Of a stretch of DNA of 64,000 nt, positions 60,986 to 64,000 are shown piece by piece. The notes below the pieces were generated by a model. The model made no database searches. It was not told the DNA's origin and saw only the letters and a program-made list of their open reading frames with translations. The stretch lies in contig JAEOUA010000003.1 of assembly GCA_016839555.1 (NCBI GenBank), positions 1 to 64,000 on the forward strand, written 5' to 3'. The DNA comes from Promethearchaeota archaeon. Lineage in GTDB: Archaea > Asgardarchaeota > Lokiarchaeia > Sigyniarchaeales > SOKP01. Every line of letters begins with the position of its first letter. Within the stretch, counting starts at the first letter, position 1. Position numbers and translations under genes: made by a program.

Positions 60986-61166
60986 AGTACTTTAATTTTA
61001 TTTTTTTATAGTATATAAAAAAAATAGTGATAAAAACATTATATTTAGATATCTGTTTTTTATATTTATATACCTTAAAAAAAATGCTTTTTAGATTTAT
61101 CCAGTTTAAGAAAGAATGAATCTAAACTAGGAAATAAATAAAAATAAAAAATAAATTGAAATATAA

Positions 61167-62672
61167 TTATTTTTTCTTATCTGATTCATTAGGTTTTGAT
61201 TCTCCCAACTCTTTCAAATATTTTGTGCGTCTTTCCTCATGAATTTTAAGCAATGCACTTTTCATTTCCTTAACAATCTCCCCAGTTAATGGATAATAAA
61301 TAACCCAAATTATAAAGCCCAAAAGCATCACAAGTCCAGGAATAAGCCCCATCGCGATATTTACTCCAAGAAACGCATTGAACTCCCCCATAGTTGGTTT
61401 TAATCTGTCACCCACATAGATTAAGCCAAATAATGTCATGAGAGAAGTAGGAGTTGCTAATGCCACACTTATCATTGGTTTACTTATAAGAGGACCAATT
61501 CCAGCATATAATCCTTCACGCCGCTCACCTGATATCTTCCAGAAGTCATAATCAATTGTATCAGCTCGCATCGGGTTATGGAGTATAAAATCTCCAGAAA
61601 AAGCAAGAAATACTATTGAAAATCCGGCGCATACTAAATACCACAGACCTGTAAAAGCCAGTGCAAAAGTAAGTAAATATCCTAGAGCTAAGACACCTTG
61701 ATTAAAACTTAATGCTTTTTTTATTGAATGTTTATCCGCAATTCTTAATTGTATAATAGCACCAATTATCAAACATATTATAGGGGGAATCCAAAAAATA
61801 AGCATATCTAAGCTTGACCCCATCATCGGTGAAAGAACCCACGTCAGAAAAAAAGGGAGCGTCGCCATACTCACATTTAATATATAGACGCTAACACCGT
61901 CATAGATTAAGTAAATAATATACGACTTATTTTTGAAGGCTAATTTTAGACCCTTAATTAAAGGGGTTGGTTTTTCTGGAATATGTTCAGAATGCTCACG
62001 AACGAAATATGATAAAAGTATATAGGGAACTAATCCGAATATCGCTATTCCTATAACAAGGAACTGGAAGACTGTTATTGATTCTATCGTGGGATCGGCT
62101 AAAAAGACTAATGGCAAGAAAAATCCTATCATTACTCCCGGTAAAGTAAAAAGTGTACAAAGAATCTGAATTTTTTCTCTCTCTTGTTGATTAAGGCTCA
62201 TTTGAGGCAATAATGCTACATGAGCACAGAGTACAATAGTGAATAATGTATCATAAGCAATTTGAGTTACTAAATACCAAACAAATAACCATACTTGAGC
62301 TGTTAATGTAGGATCCGCTCTCAACATATCCGGTGGGAAAAATACCAAAGCAAATACCAAGCTGAAAAGGGGCGCTCCATACTTTATATATGGGATATAT
62401 CGCTGATATTCTCCACGACGTTTATTGTAGAATTTTGTATTATTAATCTTATTACCAAAAAGGGGATCATTGACGACGTTCCATACCGCGTATACAATTT
62501 GTCCGATAACTATCCAGATATTCTGGAGGCCCATCCATGCATAATAAAAGGATTGAATTAAACCCATGACGGAACCATAAAATGTTCCTGGCATTGTAGC
62601 AAATGCATAAGCCAACTTCTCTTTATAGGGTACAAATTCTGATTCTGACATTTTTTTAGTATCTGTAGCCAT
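61167..62672 (-). CDS. MFS transporter, GPH family (tandem paralog)
   Basis: Same motifs; long blocks identical to 59477-60985. Confidence 0.92.
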   Translation of the reverse strand: MATDTKKMSESEFVPYKEKLAYAFATMPGTFYGSVMGLIQSFYYAWMGLQNIWIVIGQIVYAVWNVVNDPLFGNKINNTKFYNKRRGEYQRYIPYIKYGAPLFSLVFALVFFPPDMLRADPTLTAQVWLFVWYLVTQIAYDTLFTIVLCAHVALLPQMSLNQQEREKIQILCTLFTLPGVMIGFFLPLVFLADPTIESITVFQFLVIGIAIFGLVPYILLSYFVREHSEHIPEKPTPLIKGLKLAFKNKSYIIYLIYDGVSVYILNVSMATLPFFLTWVLSPMMGSSLDMLIFWIPPIICLIIGAIIQLRIADKHSIKKALSFNQGVLALGYLLTFALAFTGLWYLVCAGFSIVFLAFSGDFILHNPMRADTIDYDFWKISGERREGLYAGIGPLISKPMISVALATPTSLMTLFGLIYVGDRLKPTMGEFNAFLGVNIAMGLIPGLVMLLGFIIWVIYYPLTGEIVKEMKSALLKIHEERRTKYLKELGESKPNESDKKK

Positions 62673-62957
62673 AATTTTTTCACATGAAAATTTATTATAT
62701 TTATGTATAAATTATTTTTACTTTATAATTAAACCTTCATATATTTAATAAATATATATTTCAATAATTTGTCAAGAAAATACGGAGATATCATTACTGT
62801 TTTTTGAATATGCTATACAACTGCACTAATATCTGTGGAGATTTAAAAGAAACTCATTATTAAAGGAAATGAAAATTGAATGAAAAATCAAGAAATCCAA
62901 AATTTTGATTATTCATATATAATAAATATCTCTACCAGCGAGAATTTTTTTTTAAAA

Positions 62958-64000
62958 TTAGCTAAATGTAATTAAAGACTCCATAAAAGACCCAGGCTTT
63001 TTAAACCCCATTAAATTAAGTAGCGTTGCTGCGACATTTCCGAGTCCAGGTTCTTTAAGTTCTTTTCTTATTTGATATTCTCCTTTATAGTTTGAATCAA
63101 TGATCGCAAACATTACGGGATTAAGTGAATGGGCGGTTTTATGTTTTATATCCATCTCCTCAAGATTTCCATGATCGGCTGTTACCACAGCAATTCCATC
63201 AAGTTCCATTACTTTTCTAACAGTTTGTTTAACACATTCATCAACTGTTTCCGCAGCTATAATTGCTGATTGGATATTACCTGTATGTCCCACCATGTCT
63301 CCATTTGCCCAATTAACCCGTAAAAAATTGAAAGATTGTAATTCAAGCGCTCTTAATAATTCTTCTTTTACTTCAATAGCTTTCATTTTAGGATTATTTT
63401 CAATCATTTCGCTTGGATCTGATTTAATTTCAACGTATTTTTCATAGTCTTTACATACATATCCTTCTTTATTTCCATTCCAAAAGTAGGTAATATGACC
63501 GAATTTATGAGTTTCTGCCAAGGCGTATTGCTTAATATGTTCATTACAAAGGTATTTCGAAAGAGAATCCTCAACTTCAGGGGGATCAATAAAATAATTC
63601 TTTGGAAGATTCATTTTTTTATCATATTGAAGTAATCCATAATAATGAACTTGTGGATTGCACTTCTTTTCAAAACCATAGCCTTTTTCGTCAAAGGCTT
63701 GGGAGATCTCAATTGCCCTATCGCCCCTAAAATTAAAATTAATAACTCCATCTCCATCATTCATTTTACCTATCGGATGGTTATTTTCATCAGCAATAAC
63801 AAATGAAGGAAGATATTGGTCGCTTATAGTGGGATCCCGTTCTCTGGCTCTATTTATGGCTTCAGTTGCGGTCTTAAAGTATCCATTATAATCTGAATAT
63901 TGTTCAGGGATTCCACATACATGGGCATCCCACCCCCTTTTAACAACCTTCCAATCAGAATAATATCTGTCCATGGTGACTCTCATTCTTCCGCCGCCAG
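62958..64000 (-). CDS. gpmI: 2,3-BPG-independent phosphoglycerate mutase (5' end outside window)
   Basis: GGRMRVTMDRY, NFRGDRA, ETHKFGHITYF, NGDMVGHTG, TADHGN, TAHSLNPV. Confidence 0.95.
   Translation of the reverse strand, partial: GGGRMRVTMDRYYSDWKVVKRGWDAHVCGIPEQYSDYNGYFKTATEAINRARERDPTISDQYLPSFVIADENNHPIGKMNDGDGVINFNFRGDRAIEISQAFDEKGYGFEKKCNPQVHYYGLLQYDKKMNLPKNYFIDPPEVEDSLSKYLCNEHIKQYALAETHKFGHITYFWNGNKEGYVCKDYEKYVEIKSDPSEMIENNPKMKAIEVKEELLRALELQSFNFLRVNWANGDMVGHTGNIQSAIIAAETVDECVKQTVRKVMELDGIAVVTADHGNLEEMDIKHKTAHSLNPVMFAIIDSNYKGEYQIRKELKEPGLGNVAATLLNLMGFKKPGSFMESLITFS

Noticed and set aside
4419-63589. Many 60-135 aa antisense or alternate-frame ORFs nested in long genes (e.g. 4419, 6214, 7480, 23411, 37742, 53819, 55924)
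   Set aside because: Shadow ORFs inside well-supported genes, with no motifs.

Overview
Very AT-rich archaeal chromosomal window. The gene content points to Asgard archaea, probably Lokiarchaeia: L38e, L40e, archaeal ThrRS/AspRS/SepRS, an Rpn11-like JAMM protein, a Rab-like GTPase, a longin-like-wHTH protein and Loki-type His kinases. This is inferred from gene content, not from a search. Most of the window is housekeeping or metabolic. I saw no tRNA, rRNA, CRISPR array or transposase. Features missing from the ORF track: rpl40e and a decayed duplicate that together bracket a His-kinase module; a 46-aa ORF with an in-frame UGA in a CxxU context (candidate small selenoprotein, 44082-44222, minus); candidate structured ncRNAs at 10.7-11.15 kb (a divergent pair sharing a 13-nt 3' end) and at 12.75-12.86 kb next to a divergent Alba; and probable ACG and CTG start codons. 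Notable systems: a complete RsbR/S/T stressosome wired to a Loki-type PAS kinase and a receiver protein; a membrane-tethered XRE regulator with tandem operators; and a FAD/Fe-S/ALDH operon containing two paralogous SCP2-like domains beside tandem GPH-family transporters.
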